Shown piece by piece: positions 19,594 through 29,557 of a DNA stretch of 64,000 nucleotides; the stretch's first letter is position 1, and each line of letters starts with the position of its first letter. The stretch lies in NCBI GenBank assembly GCA_033763315.1, contig JANRKS010000035.1:32001-96000 (forward strand). The letters are read 5' to 3'. The DNA is from Deltaproteobacteria bacterium (GTDB lineage Bacteria; Myxococcota_A; Polyangia; Fen-1088). Made by a program: the position numbers and the translations under genes. Below the pieces are notes generated by a model. That model was not told the DNA's origin, made no database searches, and saw nothing but the letters and a program-made list of their open reading frames with translations.

Positions 19594-20364
19594 ATGTCGG
19601 CACGGCTTTTCGTCCCAGCGACCCGCGTGCCGCCCGGCACCACCAAAGTCACGATTGAGGGCGACGCCCACCGCTATGTGGGCCGGGTGCTGCGCATGCG
19701 CGTAGGCGAAGGGTTTGTGATTTTCGATGGCGAAGGTGCAGAGATCGACGCAACCTTGGAGTCGATCACCGCCACGGAAGCGCAGATCAGTTTAGGGCAA
19801 CGCCGCAAGCTTGACCCTCCCCACGCGCGGGTGACATTGCTGCAAGGGGTTCCCAAGGGTGAGCGCATGGATTGGGTGCTGCAAAAAACCACGGAGCTCG
19901 GCATTGCGTGCCTCGTGCCGGTGATGACAACGAGGGTGGTTGTGAAGCTGGATGCCGAAGCCGCTAAGGCGAAACAGCGACGGTGGCAAGCGATTGTTCA
20001 AGAGGCGGCCCGCCAGTGTGGGCGCGCCGATGTGCCGCAGGTGCAGGCGCCTTGTTCACTGGCGCAAGCCTTGGCCACGTTGCCCGCGGCAGAGCGCTTC
20101 GTGCTGTGGGAAGAGCCGGGGGGACAACCTTTTGTGCAAAGCCTCAGCGGCTTGGCGCGGGCGCGAACGGCGATGGACGCGCAAGAGCCGTTGCACGTGC
20201 AACTTCTCGTGGGTCCCGAAGGCGGCTTTGCGGCCGAAGAAGTGGCGCTGGCGCGCGCTCACGATTTTGTGCCTGTGACGCTCGGTCCGCGCGTTTTGCG
20301 CACCGAAACCGCGGCGGTGGTGGCAGTGACACTGGCACAAGCGGCCGTGGGTGGTTTCGCATGA
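19594..20364 (+). CDS. rsmE: 16S rRNA m3U1498 methyltransferase
   Basis: VLRMRVGE, QKTTELG, EAARQCGR, VGPEGGF, LGPRVLRTETA. Confidence 0.96.
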   Translation: MSARLFVPATRVPPGTTKVTIEGDAHRYVGRVLRMRVGEGFVIFDGEGAEIDATLESITATEAQISLGQRRKLDPPHARVTLLQGVPKGERMDWVLQKTTELGIACLVPVMTTRVVVKLDAEAAKAKQRRWQAIVQEAARQCGRADVPQVQAPCSLAQALATLPAAERFVLWEEPGGQPFVQSLSGLARARTAMDAQEPLHVQLLVGPEGGFAAEEVALARAHDFVPVTLGPRVLRTETAAVVAVTLAQAAVGGFA

Positions 20365-20457
20365 AAGGCGGTTCGAGGTGGGCGCGGCTGCCGACACATG
20401 CAATCTTTCGATGCGAATACTTGACCCGCAGGCACGATCGTCTTGAGAATCAATGAC

Positions 20458-20988
20458 ATGACCTCTCACGCCGCCACATTCGCGGCCCCCACGAGCCAAA
20501 CCGCCACGCAATCTGATCGCGTGCTGCGCGTGCGTGCAGCCGCGTTTCCCGCGCGCGCTGTGGCGGTGGCCATCGACGCGGCGCTGATCATCGGCGCCAC
20601 GATTGGCGTGCTGGCTGTGGCCGCTGTTGTCATGAAGCTGCCGTTGCCCAACCTCAAGGAGCTTGGCCCTGACTTACTGGTGGCGGGCGTCTTGGATCGA
20701 AACCCACTGGCTGTGGGCGCGCTGGGCGTGCTGCTGGGCTTGGGCGCGCTCTATCACGTATATCTTGCGGGCGTGACAGGGCAAACGGTGGGTTTGCGCT
20801 TGATGGGGCTGCGGATCATCTCGGTGCGGGGCACCCTGCCCGGCCCTGTGCGAGGCTTTGTTCGATACGTGGCGTTGGCTCTGGCGGTGTTGCCTGCAGG
20901 CCTCGGCTGGTTGTGGTGTTTGTTTGATCGTGAACGCCGCGCTTTGCACGATCATTTGGCCGGCACGTTCGTGATCGTCGACCAGTAG
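20458..20988 (+). CDS. RDD family membrane protein
   Basis: R..A..ID, GQTVG.RLMGLRI, RRALHDHLAGT motifs. Confidence 0.88.
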   Translation: MTSHAATFAAPTSQTATQSDRVLRVRAAAFPARAVAVAIDAALIIGATIGVLAVAAVVMKLPLPNLKELGPDLLVAGVLDRNPLAVGALGVLLGLGALYHVYLAGVTGQTVGLRLMGLRIISVRGTLPGPVRGFVRYVALALAVLPAGLGWLWCLFDRERRALHDHLAGTFVIVDQ

Positions 20989-20996
20989 GTAGAACA

Positions 20997-22688
20997 ATGG
21001 CCGGCAGAGGCCTTGAAGAACGGCTCGTTCAAAGCGGTGCGCTTCGCCGCGAAGCCGTTCACATGGCCAAGCGGCGGCAAAAGGTGTACGGGGGCGGCCT
21101 GGACACCGTGCTGCTTGAGATGGGGCTGGTGGACGAAGGCACGCTGTGGGCGCTGCTCGTCGAAGACACGGGGCTGGCCCCCTTGCCGCCTTCGCTGCTT
21201 GAAGGCCCGGTGATCGAGCCCGACGTTCTGATCGGCTACGCCGAGGCACGCCGCTTGGGGGCGTTTGCATTCGAGTCGGACCGCGCGGACACAGATGCCC
21301 CCCAGGCGATCGTGAGGCCCGGTTTCGACGCTGAAGCCTTGGCAGGTGTTTTGGGAGGGCGCCCGGCCGAAGTGTTTATTGTTCCGGAGGTGCGCTTCGA
21401 AGCTCTCTTGAGCGCGTTTTACGTGCAGGCCATTCCGCCGCGCTTCGTTTCGCTGCTGGGTCGGCTGATGGGCGCCGAACAACTGCGCCGCTGGGCCGCC
21501 ACACGAGCGCCACGCCATCGCTTGCCCACGCCCCCCGTTGACGTGGGGCCGAGGCTGATCGCGCACGAGGCGCCCGCTTTGCCGCCGCCTTCCCCGATAA
21601 TCGCTCTGCACACAACGCCCTTAACGGACGTCGCACCCGCATCGACGTTTAGCGACGGGGCCACGCTTGTTCCGCAGGACAACCCTCACACGGAAGCAGT
21701 TGAGCCCGTGGATCCGCCATTGGTGGAGGCTCCGTTCGCAGCGGTGCCACCCGCCCTCTCGGACGCAACAGAGGCCGCCCGCGCCCCGACCGCGACGATG
21801 TCACTCTTGGAATCGTTGCCTCACGACGGCGCCGATGGGCAGGACATGCTGTTGGCAGCGTTGGCGTGGCATGCCGAGTTGGAAGGGGGGCCGCGGGCGC
21901 ACGCGGTTGCGGCCGCGATAGCCACGCACTGGTCGGCAGCCGATATTTTCGATCGGTTGCCCACGCTGGCCAAACGAGGCGAACACGTGGCGCGCACGGC
22001 CTTGCCCTTGTTGGCGGTGCGAGCCAATGTGGACCTTCTTGGCGAGCGGTTGCGGTCGCCTGTGCCGCGGCACCGCGTTTGGGCGGCGCAGACCTTGGCG
22101 TTGTGCTTGCGCAACAGCGCGTTTGAAGCCGAGGCCTTCAAGCAAATCACAGCATGGCTCTGCCTTCGGATGGAGCAGGATCCCGAACCCGAGGTGCGAG
22201 CCGCCGCGGCGCAGGCCGTGCGCGGGATGGCGGCGCAGCCCCTCTTGCAAGCGTTGCTTTCACGAATCAGCGCGTTGGTCGCCGACGCCAGCGCATTGGA
22301 CCCAGCGCGCGTCGGAGCGGCCCTGCTTCTGGGGGAGATGCGGGCCGACGTGGATGTTGCAATACAGGCGCTGATCGCGGGCGCGGGCGCCAAGAATCAA
22401 CCCGTGGCGGACACGTGCCACGCAGCGCTGGTGCGCATTACGGGCCACGAGCCCGGCCGTGGCCGCGCGGCTTGGCGGCGCTGGTGGAAAAAACGTGGCA
22501 ACGCGGGGAGGCCCGCGTGGCTTGTGGCCGCGTTGGAGGCGCGGCGGCCTGATCTAAGGCTGGCAGCGGCGAACGAACTGGCGGAATTGACGGGACAAAC
22601 GTTTGGCTACCACTTCGATCTCACGCCCGGGCAGCGAGAGGCGGCGGTGGCGCGGTGGAAGGCGTGGCTTATGCAACAGACTTCGTAG
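20997..22688 (+). CDS. GspE/MshEN-like N-terminal domain plus HEAT-repeat protein
   Basis: LVQSGAL...RRQKVYGGGLDTVLLEMGLVDE N-terminus, Pro-rich linker, DPEPEVRAAAAQA HEAT-like repeats, W..WW motifs. Confidence 0.6.
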   Translation: MAGRGLEERLVQSGALRREAVHMAKRRQKVYGGGLDTVLLEMGLVDEGTLWALLVEDTGLAPLPPSLLEGPVIEPDVLIGYAEARRLGAFAFESDRADTDAPQAIVRPGFDAEALAGVLGGRPAEVFIVPEVRFEALLSAFYVQAIPPRFVSLLGRLMGAEQLRRWAATRAPRHRLPTPPVDVGPRLIAHEAPALPPPSPIIALHTTPLTDVAPASTFSDGATLVPQDNPHTEAVEPVDPPLVEAPFAAVPPALSDATEAARAPTATMSLLESLPHDGADGQDMLLAALAWHAELEGGPRAHAVAAAIATHWSAADIFDRLPTLAKRGEHVARTALPLLAVRANVDLLGERLRSPVPRHRVWAAQTLALCLRNSAFEAEAFKQITAWLCLRMEQDPEPEVRAAAAQAVRGMAAQPLLQALLSRISALVADASALDPARVGAALLLGEMRADVDVAIQALIAGAGAKNQPVADTCHAALVRITGHEPGRGRAAWRRWWKKRGNAGRPAWLVAALEARRPDLRLAAANELAELTGQTFGYHFDLTPGQREAAVARWKAWLMQQTS

Positions 22689-22755
22689 GTGGATGCGGGT
22701 GTGACGCGCCGCCAGGCCGCAAACACCTACACGCTGTGGTACAGTTCCCGCCCCA

Positions 22756-24369
22756 ATGTTTGAGACGCTTACAAAAGGCTTTCGCTCCGCACGTCAACGC
22801 TTTGCTGGCTTGGCTGAACTTGACGAAGCCACGGTTGATGAGGCTCTAAAAGACGTTCGCACCGCTTTGCTTGAAGCGGACGTCGGTTACGACGTCGTTC
22901 AGGACTTCTGTAAGCGCGTAAAGGAAAAAGCGGTCGGCGTCATCGTTAAGGTGAAGGCCTCTTCCAAGGAGAAAGTGCGGCGGGTGAGCCCGGTCGACCA
23001 CTTCATCAAACTTTGCAATGACGAGCTCGTTGAGTTGATGGGGCCCGTCAACAGCGACATCCAGTTCGCGAAGAAGGGCCCCACGGGCATCATGATGGTG
23101 GGCTTGCAAGGGTCGGGCAAAACCACGACGGTGGGCAAGCTGGCCATGCTTCTGAAAAAGAAGCACAAGCGCCCCCTACTGGTCGCGGCTGATATCTATC
23201 GCCCCGCCGCCATCGAGCAACTCAAGGTGCTGGGCCGCAACCTGGACGTGCCGGTCTATTCAGAGCCGGGCGCCAGCCCCCCCGACATCTGCGAACACGC
23301 GATGAAGTTTGCCGCGCAAAATGGGCGCGACGTCATCATTTTCGACACCGCCGGCCGCTTGGCAATCGACGAGCCTTTGATGACCGAGCTTTCGGAGATC
23401 AAGCGCCGCTGCAACCCAGCCAACATCTTCTTCGTCGTGGACGCGATGATCGGTCAAGACGCCGTGGCCACGGCCAAGACGTTCAACGATCGATTGGATT
23501 ACGACGGCGTTGTGCTCACGAAGCTGGACGGCGATGCGCGCGGTGGTGCGGCGCTCTCCGTGCGCGCCGTAACGGGCAAGCCGATCAAGTTTGTGGGTAT
23601 GGGCGAGTCGTCCGAGCGGCTCGAAGAGTTCCGCCCTGATGGCATGGCCAGCCGCATCTTGGGCCAAGGCGACGTGGTTGGCCTGATTCAACAATTCGAA
23701 GAAGTTGTTGATCAAGAAAAGGCCGAGCAAGACGCCATGCGCATGCTCAAAGGGAAGTTCGACATGAACGACTTCCTCGATCAGATCGGCGTGCTGCAGA
23801 AGATGGGATCGTTGCGGGACATGGTGGACATGATCCCGGGCATTGCCGACCACATCCCAAAGGACGCTCAGATCGACGACAAAGAGCTGGTGAAGATCAA
23901 GTCTGTGATCTCATCAATGACCGAAGACGAACGGCGTTTCCCTGAGCGTTTCATCGTCAGCAGCTGGGAAGAAGTGATCGAAGGCGACCGGCGCAAAAAG
24001 AAGCGCAGCGCGTTTTACGATCAGCGGCGATTGCGACGCGTGGCCAAGGGTTCGGGCCGTCGTGAAAACGATGTGGCCGACATCCTGAACCGCTTCGCGA
24101 TGATGCGGCAGATGATGATGCAGCTGGGGCAATCGACCGGCTTGCTGGGCAAGATCCCAGGCTTTAAGCAACTGGGGCAATTGCGGCAGATGCAGCAAAT
24201 GGCGAAGTCTGGCGGTTTGGATCTGGGCCAGCTAGCCAACATGATGTCGGTGCCTTCGGCGGAACGAGGCACCTTCTCGGCGCCCAAGCGCAACCACGAC
24301 AAAGTGAAGATGAAAAAGAAGCGCCTTGATCAGAAGAAGGCGCGCAAGAAGAACGCCAAGAATCGCTGA
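22756..24369 (+). CDS. ffh: Signal recognition particle protein
   Basis: ALLEADV, GLQGSGKTTT, DIYRPAA, DTAGR, TKLDGDARGG, M domain SMT..ER...RVAKGSG. Confidence 0.96.
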   Translation: MFETLTKGFRSARQRFAGLAELDEATVDEALKDVRTALLEADVGYDVVQDFCKRVKEKAVGVIVKVKASSKEKVRRVSPVDHFIKLCNDELVELMGPVNSDIQFAKKGPTGIMMVGLQGSGKTTTVGKLAMLLKKKHKRPLLVAADIYRPAAIEQLKVLGRNLDVPVYSEPGASPPDICEHAMKFAAQNGRDVIIFDTAGRLAIDEPLMTELSEIKRRCNPANIFFVVDAMIGQDAVATAKTFNDRLDYDGVVLTKLDGDARGGAALSVRAVTGKPIKFVGMGESSERLEEFRPDGMASRILGQGDVVGLIQQFEEVVDQEKAEQDAMRMLKGKFDMNDFLDQIGVLQKMGSLRDMVDMIPGIADHIPKDAQIDDKELVKIKSVISSMTEDERRFPERFIVSSWEEVIEGDRRKKKRSAFYDQRRLRRVAKGSGRRENDVADILNRFAMMRQMMMQLGQSTGLLGKIPGFKQLGQLRQMQQMAKSGGLDLGQLANMMSVPSAERGTFSAPKRNHDKVKMKKKRLDQKKARKKNAKNR

Positions 24370-24393
24370 GGGGTGGCTGGCCGCAAACGTGGC

Positions 24394-26202
24394 TCAGCGA
24401 TCCCAAGGTGGCCCGAGCGTGGCCGTGCGAATCCGATCGAGTGGCACCTTCGGGCGGCGATCCGCATAAAGCAACCCGTTCGCCTCTTGGTACGTGTCGG
24501 CAAATTGCGTGTAGCAAAACCCTGTGAGCATCCCAAGCGAGCGGACAACGCTGAGCAGTTGTGCGTATTGCCGCTCAAGCTCGCTGGCGCTGCGTGTAGA
24601 CGAGTAACCCCAGCTTTTGGGATCGTCTGAAAACGCCATGCCGCCGAATTCGGAAAGCACCACCGGGTGATCCGCGTTCTGCTCCTCGCCCACAACCAAA
24701 CGGCGGCCCCCGGGTCGTTCCTTTTTGAGGAGATGCGGCAGCAACCGATCGGCCTTATACCGATGCGCCAATCGTTCAGCCGCGGCCTCATAATCGTGAA
24801 TGCCGATGATATCGGTGGCCACGCTTTCCCAACCGTCGTTGCCCACCACGGGGCGGGTGCCATCCACGGTCTTCGTCAGATGGTAAAGCCCCTCCACGTA
24901 ATGACGTTCGATGACGTTGTCGGGCAGGTTTGGCACGCCCCAAGATTCATTGATCGGCACCCACGCAACGATGCACGGATGTGAGTAATCGCGCCGGATG
25001 GCCTCAATCCACTCGCGCGTCACGCGCTCGACCGCCGTTTCGGTGAAGCGATACGCCGAAGGCATTTCGCCCCACACCAGCAGACCCATGCGATCCGCCC
25101 AATAGAGGTAACGAGGATCTTCGAGCTTCTGGTGCTTGCGCACACCATTGAACCCCATCGCCTTTGTAAGCTCGATGTCTTGCTTGAATGATTCGTCGTC
25201 GGGCGCCGTCATTCCGCCGTCGGGCCAGTAACCTTGATCCAAAACCAACCGCAGCGTGTAAGGGCGGCCATTGAGGATGAAGCGATCGCCTTCGATGCCG
25301 ATCGATCGCAAGGCTGTGTACGTGCCGACTTCATCGAGCACATTGCCGGCGGCGTCGAGCAGCCGCACCTCGCCTTCGATCAACTTGGGCGACTCGGGCG
25401 ACCACAACAATTCGTTGCGAAAATCGTCGATGCCAGGATCGGAGAGCGCCACGCGCCTGTGCACTTCATCCGCAACCACCGTGTACACGTCTTTGGCCAA
25501 CAAGCGCTTGCCACAGTGTAACGTCAGCTCAACACGCAGATCCTGGTTGCCGCTGCCGGTAACCCAGACGCCAAAATTCAAAGCCCAAGACAACAAGCTG
25601 GGTGTCCACGTGATGCGTTCGATGCGCGTGGCTGGCACAACTTCCAACCACACCGTTTGCCAGATCCCCGTGGTGCGTGGGTACCAGATCGAATGCGGCT
25701 CAAGCTGCCAGTCTTGCTTGCCACGTGGTTTGGCCAAATCGTGCGGATCGTCGAAGGCGCGCACCACCACGGTCTGTTCACCTTGGGGCAGCAGAAAGTC
25801 TGTGACATCGAATGAAAAAGGTGTGTAGCCGCCTTGGTGGATGCCGGCAAACATGCCGTTGACCCACACGGTGGCGTGGTAGTCGACCGCGCCGAAGCGG
25901 ATGAAAACCCGCTGGGCTTCGGTGCGCGGCGCGATCTGAAACCGACGCCGGTACCAGCACGCACTGTAGAAACTGGTGTCGCGCACACCGCTTAATTTCG
26001 TTTCGGGAGCGAACGGCACGGTGATGGGAATGCATTGACTCCAATCGACGTCTGTGGGACGGGAGATCAACGCGTCCTTGTCTTTGACAAATTCCCAGGT
26101 GCCGTTGAGTGGCTGCCACTGCGGGCGCGTCATCTGCGGCCGGGGGTAACCTCGCTGCAAGGGTTCGGCGGAGACATCGCCTTGTGGCTCGGTTGCGGTC
26201 AT
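24394..26202 (-). CDS. Glycoside hydrolase family 2
   Basis: YPRPQM, FGAVDYHATVWVNG, GIWQTVWLE, LDQGYWP, GFNGVRKHQK, WVPINESWG, SEFGG; ATG overlaps the upstream stop (ATGA). Confidence 0.9.
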   Translation of the reverse strand: MTATEPQGDVSAEPLQRGYPRPQMTRPQWQPLNGTWEFVKDKDALISRPTDVDWSQCIPITVPFAPETKLSGVRDTSFYSACWYRRRFQIAPRTEAQRVFIRFGAVDYHATVWVNGMFAGIHQGGYTPFSFDVTDFLLPQGEQTVVVRAFDDPHDLAKPRGKQDWQLEPHSIWYPRTTGIWQTVWLEVVPATRIERITWTPSLLSWALNFGVWVTGSGNQDLRVELTLHCGKRLLAKDVYTVVADEVHRRVALSDPGIDDFRNELLWSPESPKLIEGEVRLLDAAGNVLDEVGTYTALRSIGIEGDRFILNGRPYTLRLVLDQGYWPDGGMTAPDDESFKQDIELTKAMGFNGVRKHQKLEDPRYLYWADRMGLLVWGEMPSAYRFTETAVERVTREWIEAIRRDYSHPCIVAWVPINESWGVPNLPDNVIERHYVEGLYHLTKTVDGTRPVVGNDGWESVATDIIGIHDYEAAAERLAHRYKADRLLPHLLKKERPGGRRLVVGEEQNADHPVVLSEFGGMAFSDDPKSWGYSSTRSASELERQYAQLLSVVRSLGMLTGFCYTQFADTYQEANGLLYADRRPKVPLDRIRTATLGPPWDR

Positions 26203-28403
26203 GACGAACGTGCCTTTCGTTGTGACAAAATAGCGGCGGGTTCTGCCACCTCGCGGGCGTGACGCGCAAATGCACTTTGCAACGAGGGAAGAACGTGTCC
26301 GTGTTTGCTCGTGAGAGCAGAGCCAACGTGCAACGCGGCAAAGGAATAGGCCTTGGTGCCCACGGCCGCACGCACCAAACTGTCGTCCACGCCGTGAAGC
26401 GCGGCCCACATCTGCATAACCTGCAGCCATGACACCGGATCCTGATGCGTGAAGTGCCACACGCCCTGTTCCTCATCAATGAGCAAGTCTAAAGCGACGT
26501 GGGCCACGTCGAGGGTGAAAGCGGGGGCAACGAACACATCGTCTGGTGCCACAACCACCGTGCTTTGCTTCCAAAGCGACAGCGCTTGCGCAAAAGCATT
26601 CTCCTGTGTGGTCGCACCAAACAACGGGCCTGAGCGAACCAGCAACGCGTGCGGGCACACCTGCTGCACCAATGCCTCTTCGCCAAGCTTCGCCACCGTC
26701 GCCTCGTCTGAAAACGCAAAGAGGTGCGATTCATCAAAGCTCAAGTGCGGCTCACCCTGGGTGACCAGATCCGTGAAGAACGTTAAGAAGGGAAGGTTGT
26801 GGGCCGTGGCAAACGCGGCAGTGGCACTTGCCTGTGCGTGAGCGGCATGCACAACGGCCCACGGCCGCATGCCGCTGGTGAGGCGAATGTTGAGCTCTTG
26901 GCTGATGCGCTGCAGTTCGCCAGGCGAAGACAGTGAATGCTCCAGTTCGCGATCCTCGCAGGCACGGATCAAGCTGCGAGAGAGTGGCCCACCATCGGAC
27001 ACGATCAATAGCAGCTGCTGCGCGGCCAAAGGATCTTCGTTCAGCAGATGCAGGAATCGTTTGGGCGCAGCTTCGAAGCAACCCGAACGCCCCTGGTTGC
27101 CCGACTCGTTCAAAATCCTCGTTTTGGTGCGCCTCCACCAGCCCTGGCCTCGCATGGTGGGGTGCGAAAAAGTGCCGGTGTCACTTAAAGACTCAATGGC
27201 GCGAGCCACTGCTGTGGGCCGTGGCTGACCACTTCGCACATCAAACGGGCCCGACTCGTAGTGCTTCTCATCTTTTGTGCACAGTGAGTTCCAGTCATAC
27301 GCGCCCAACAATGACCACACGGTCACGGCTTCAACGGTGGCGCCCTCGGATTTCACGAGGTTGGCCGCTTGCCACGCCTCGTCCAGCCAGCGAAGCTGCT
27401 CTTCGCGATGGCAATCCAAGTGCACCTCTGTGATGGCGAGGGGCAACCGATAACGTTGCCACGTGGCACGAAGTTGATTCGCGTGGCCGTTGATGCCCGT
27501 TGGCGTGCGCACCGCCTCAATATCAACGTACGCATCGCGCCCATTGCCTCCATGCATCGATGCAGGGTAAGCCCCAAGATTGTGATCTAAGAAGCGATCG
27601 CTGGTCACGTAGTAGTTCACGCCGATGACATCGGGCGGACACGGGTTTTCGCAAAAGAATGCGAGCTCAGCCTCCGAAGCGCCCTTGCACATAAAATCAT
27701 AAAGGGGGTGGTCGGGGTCCACGCGGCCGCACAGCAGATCGAGGCTTAACCATCGCCTTTCATTCTCGAAGGCCGCTTGGTAGGACAGGCGACGCGCGCT
27801 GGTCACGGTGCCCACGTCCTCGGTTTGAATCAAACGTGCTCGTGGGTTGACCGCTCGGATCTCCTTCATCGCCAACACTGTGGCGCGGGTTTCATTCACC
27901 AAAGCCCGCACGAAGCTGGCAGAACTGCGGTGATGGGGATACCAAATGCCGTAGAGGCCACTGAAACGCGCGGTTGTGAGCGGTTCGTTGATGGGTGTGT
28001 AGTCGGTGATCCACGGGTACCGTTCTGCACAGGCGCGCGCGAAGCTGGCCAGGCCCGGCGCAAACGACGAATCCAACAGGCTGGTGTGTGACGGGCCGCT
28101 GCCATGATGAACAAGACCCGCGATTGGCTCCAAGTTAAGTTCACGCAGGCGGCCAAATCGTTCATCGGCCCACGTCCAATCGGCGTCCTGAACGCCGTTG
28201 GGCGCGTTGGTTTCCCAAAGCAACGGGTACCGTATTTTTCGAAGGCCAAGTTGGGCGAAGCGGTTCAAGTCGGCCACGCGGTCGATGTGGCCTGACTTGA
28301 GGAGCTGCTGGCAATACCGATCTTGAACACGGTTAACCGTACACTCCACCCCACCCCACAGCTGCACCACCGCGGTTTCCGTTGATTTCTCCATGGCCGT
28401 CAC
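26199..28403 (-). CDS. GH1-like glycoside hydrolase fused to a degenerate RmlD-like domain
   Basis: LWGGVECTVNRV, HHGSGP, TPINEP (acid/base), GVNYY, AITE (nucleophile); C-terminal reductase-like remnant (FTDLV, LLVRSG, ALDLLIDEEQGVWH). Confidence 0.82.
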   Translation of the reverse strand: MTAMEKSTETAVVQLWGGVECTVNRVQDRYCQQLLKSGHIDRVADLNRFAQLGLRKIRYPLLWETNAPNGVQDADWTWADERFGRLRELNLEPIAGLVHHGSGPSHTSLLDSSFAPGLASFARACAERYPWITDYTPINEPLTTARFSGLYGIWYPHHRSSASFVRALVNETRATVLAMKEIRAVNPRARLIQTEDVGTVTSARRLSYQAAFENERRWLSLDLLCGRVDPDHPLYDFMCKGASEAELAFFCENPCPPDVIGVNYYVTSDRFLDHNLGAYPASMHGGNGRDAYVDIEAVRTPTGINGHANQLRATWQRYRLPLAITEVHLDCHREEQLRWLDEAWQAANLVKSEGATVEAVTVWSLLGAYDWNSLCTKDEKHYESGPFDVRSGQPRPTAVARAIESLSDTGTFSHPTMRGQGWWRRTKTRILNESGNQGRSGCFEAAPKRFLHLLNEDPLAAQQLLLIVSDGGPLSRSLIRACEDRELEHSLSSPGELQRISQELNIRLTSGMRPWAVVHAAHAQASATAAFATAHNLPFLTFFTDLVTQGEPHLSFDESHLFAFSDEATVAKLGEEALVQQVCPHALLVRSGPLFGATTQENAFAQALSLWKQSTVVVAPDDVFVAPAFTLDVAHVALDLLIDEEQGVWHFTHQDPVSWLQVMQMWAALHGVDDSLVRAAVGTKAYSFAALHVGSALTSKHGHVLPSLQSAFARHAREVAEPAAILSQRKARSS

Positions 28404-29527
28404 ACGCTACGTGCCAAAAGCTCCTTCTTGCCAGCGAACCCGGCAAGCCGGGACGCCGAGGTGAGCGCTTGGGCCACCACCTGATCCATGTTGTAGTAAC
28501 GATACGTGGCAAGACGACCGACGAAATGTACGTTCTTCATTTGTTCAGCCAGGTTTTGATACTTGCGGTATAGCTCTGCATTTTCGGGACGCGGCACCGG
28601 GTAGTACGGGTCACCTTCGGCGCGCGGATATTCATAAACCACGCTTGTTTTTGCGTGTTTTTGCCCCGTGAATTGTTTGAACTCACTCACGCGCGTGTAT
28701 TCGTGGTCGTTCGGGTAGTTCACCACCGGCGCGTCTTGAAAGCGTTCCTTGCCGTGCGTTTCAAAACGAAAATCGAGCGAACGATAAGGCAGTTTTCCGT
28801 ACCTGAAGTCGAAGAACGCATCCACGGGACCGGTGTAGATGATCTGCGCCGCCGAATAGCGTGCCAGAAGGTCTTTATAGTCGGTTCCTAGCGCAAGTGT
28901 AATGTTGGGATGATCAACCATGCGCTCAAACATTTTGGTGTACCCGTGTTTCGGCATGGCCTGGTACGTGTCACCAAAATACCTGTCGTCGTGGTTGGTG
29001 CGCACTGGCACGCGTGCGATCACAGAAGAATCCAACTCCGAAGGATCAAGGCCCCACTGCTTGCGCGTGTAGAACTTGAAGAACTTCTCGTAGAGATCCT
29101 TGCCAACCTTGCTCACGATCACGTCTTCCGACGTGCGTATGTGCTCACGAGGCTCAGCGACCTTTGCAAAGTAGCTGGTGAGTTCGTCCGATGTGAGGCT
29201 CCAACCATAAAGGCGGTTCACTGTATCCAGATTGATCGGAATGGGCAAGAGCTGGCCCTCTACGAAAGCTTTGACCCTATGTTCGTACTCCCACCACTCG
29301 GTGAAGCGAGACAGGTAATCAAACACATCCTTAGAATTCGTGTGAAAGATGTGGGGGCCATACTGATGAATCAAAATGCCACTGCTGTCGAGGCAGTCGT
29401 ACGCGTTCCCACCGATGTGCGCTCGTTTGTCGCACAGCAAAACGGTTTTGCCAGCCACAGATGCCAATTGCTCGGCCATCACGCTGCCGGCAAAGCCAGC
29501 GCCAACAACTAGAAAGTCGTATGCCAT
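28400..29527 (-). CDS. glf: UDP-galactopyranose mutase
   Basis: VGAGFAG, HIGGNAYD, YGPHIFHTN, YTRKQWG, PYYPVP, GRLATYRYYNMDQ. Confidence 0.97.
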   Translation of the reverse strand: MAYDFLVVGAGFAGSVMAEQLASVAGKTVLLCDKRAHIGGNAYDCLDSSGILIHQYGPHIFHTNSKDVFDYLSRFTEWWEYEHRVKAFVEGQLLPIPINLDTVNRLYGWSLTSDELTSYFAKVAEPREHIRTSEDVIVSKVGKDLYEKFFKFYTRKQWGLDPSELDSSVIARVPVRTNHDDRYFGDTYQAMPKHGYTKMFERMVDHPNITLALGTDYKDLLARYSAAQIIYTGPVDAFFDFRYGKLPYRSLDFRFETHGKERFQDAPVVNYPNDHEYTRVSEFKQFTGQKHAKTSVVYEYPRAEGDPYYPVPRPENAELYRKYQNLAEQMKNVHFVGRLATYRYYNMDQVVAQALTSASRLAGFAGKKELLARSV

Positions 29528-29557
29528 AAGAGCTTGGTTCCTCCCCTTCGCTTCGAG

